NCBI GenBank assembly: GCA_013306035.1
Contig: JABUBF010000001.1
Span: 12,220-44,219, forward strand
Origin: Nitrososphaerota archaeon
Lineage (GTDB): Archaea > Thermoproteota > Nitrososphaeria > Nitrososphaerales > UBA57
Length of the DNA stretch: 32,000 nt
Reading direction: 5' to 3'
Shown: positions 30,846 through 32,000 of the stretch, one piece after another
How positions within the stretch are numbered: the first letter of the stretch is position 1
Layout of the letters: each line of letters starts with the position of its first letter
Notes under the pieces: generated by a model
Told to the model about the DNA's origin: nothing
What the model saw: the letters and a program-made list of their open reading frames with translations, nothing else
Databases searched by the model: none
Translations under genes and position numbers: made by a program

Positions 30846-32000
30846 TTCTTTTTGTATCTGTTTTGAAATGTCATCTTTTAACACTATTAAATTCATTTTA
30901 TGTTTCTCAGATAATTTGATAATCTGATCAAATTCTGGCTTAAATTGAATAATTTCTCCAGATTCTGATTTGACTACTTTTACATCAATTTCTTCATCAT
31001 CATTATTTATCCTTACATTTATCTTCACATTCTCCCTCATCTGTATGAATCTTGATATTGGATATACTCTCACACCCAGTGTTCCTGTTTCTCGCATAAC
31101 AATATTGGAGAAAAACTCTGTTTTGCTTAAGTTTGTAATTACTTTTAATACATTACTTGGACGACCCTTCTTTCCTATTGTCGGTATTAACGATACATCT
31201 AATGCACCATAATCAATTATCTTCTGCATCGCATAACCTAATTCTTCTCCCGTTCTATCATCTATGTTTGTTTCAATTATTGCAACTTCGTCAGTAACTA
31301 ATTTGGATTTCTGTCCTAGTGTAATTCTTAGAATGTTTGGTATTTCTTTAAAATCAGACGAACCAGCTCCTATCCCTATTATGTCTGGTTTTATTCCTGG
31401 GAAAAATTCTTGACTGTCTTCTACCAATGCCGCTAGCATCGACATGCCTGTCGGAGTTGCAGTTTCATACATTCCTGGCCCTCCTTTAATTATTATGTTA
31501 TTTCTTCTAGCAATCTCTAATATCGCCGGTGCCGGATTCTGCATTTTTCCATGTGAGAATGTTATATCTCCCCCTCCGATTGAAACTGGTGTAGTTATAA
31601 TCTGTTTTAATTTAAATAATCCTAAATTATCTAACGCAGTTCCTGTTCCAATAATATCAACAAATGTGTCTATCGAACCAGCTTCATGTAAATGCATCTC
31701 TTCTTTTGTCACTCCGTGTAATCTCTTTTCTGCAGAAATTAAATTCTCAAACGACCTCTTTATGAATGACTTGGCATCTTTAGATATGGAAATATTTTTG
31801 ACGCAATTCTCCAAGTTATTATTTAATTCATTTACATTGTGTGTCGTATTATCTTCTTGAATTACAATATCTGCTTTTTTCGCACGAAACCCATTTTTTA
31901 TTACATCAATAAAACTTATTTCTAGACGATTACAATTCTTGAAATAATCTTTAATACTTTCTATGTTATCGATTACTAATTCTTCATCTGCTCCTAAATC
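30834..32000 (-). CDS. larC: LarC-type nickel insertion protein (DUF111), 5' end beyond window
   Basis: The minus-strand frame is open from the window edge (DLGADEELVIDNIESIK...). It continues through HLHEAGSIDTFVDIIG and GGGDITFSHGKMQNPAPA (LarC/DUF111 motifs). The ORF-track start at 31814 is an internal TTG. Confidence 0.8.
   Translation of the reverse strand, partial: DLGADEELVIDNIESIKDYFKNCNRLEISFIDVIKNGFRAKKADIVIQEDNTTHNVNELNNNLENCVKNISISKDAKSFIKRSFENLISAEKRLHGVTKEEMHLHEAGSIDTFVDIIGTGTALDNLGLFKLKQIITTPVSIGGGDITFSHGKMQNPAPAILEIARRNNIIIKGGPGMYETATPTGMSMLAALVEDSQEFFPGIKPDIIGIGAGSSDFKEIPNILRITLGQKSKLVTDEVAIIETNIDDRTGEELGYAMQKIIDYGALDVSLIPTIGKKGRPSNVLKVITNLSKTEFFSNIVMRETGTLGVRVYPISRFIQMRENVKINVRINNDDEEIDVKVVKSESGEIIQFKPEFDQIIKLSEKHKMNLIVLKDDISKQIQKELFN

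Noticed and set aside
1-32000. CRISPR arrays, long tandem repeats, IS elements.
   Set aside because: No regularly spaced repeat units or inverted terminal repeats were seen on scanning. The only substantial internal similarities are the three tandem paralog pairs already described.

Overview
This is an AT-rich (roughly one-third G+C by eye), tightly packed archaeal chromosome segment. Gene content and order suggest an ammonia-oxidising thaumarchaeon (Nitrosopumilales-like); that assignment is an inference. I call about 40 genes, almost all housekeeping.

Contents, left to right:
- The 3' end of an acyl-CoA dehydrogenase gene, then two tandem paralogous small membrane proteins.
- A Toprim-domain protein and transcription factor S.
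- A 12-gene, translationally coupled complex I operon, nuoA-B-C-D-H-I-J-K-M'-L-M-N (about 2000-13533). It has no nuoEFG, a second NuoM-type antiporter subunit and an unusually long NuoL.
- A convergent polyprenyl (GGPP) synthase, then a 290-nt intergenic region holding a G+C-enriched island.
- Two tandem cyclophilin PPIases; the first is membrane-anchored and the second has lost the anchor.
- A trpS-pheS-pheT operon on the minus strand, then a stand-alone 5S rRNA gene.
- A DUF1512-like protein plus a zinc-ribbon peptide, MetAP2, and archaeal PPAT.
- A tRNA-Trp(CCA) gene interrupted by two bulge-helix-bulge introns.
- A CarH-like B12-binding protein with a non-MerR N-terminus, divergent from an SDR/epimerase gene. 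After these come two small membrane paralogs (the first frameshifted), an SDR-membrane fusion and three orphan small ORFs.
- 5-formyl-THF cyclo-ligase, then larE-larB and a convergent larC (nickel-pincer cofactor synthesis) with no larA in view.

I saw no CRISPR array, transposase, integrase or long repeat.

The most unusual items are the CarH-like putative AdoB12 sensor/regulator locus and the double-intron tRNA-Trp, whose long intron carries box C'/D'-like motifs and anticodon complementarity. Next come the 2M-type complex I, the frameshifted membrane paralog, the cyclophilin duplication with an in-frame anchor relic, and the G+C island upstream of idsA.

Start codons given as TTG or GTG are uncertain. 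All family assignments come from motif recognition by eye, not from database searches.
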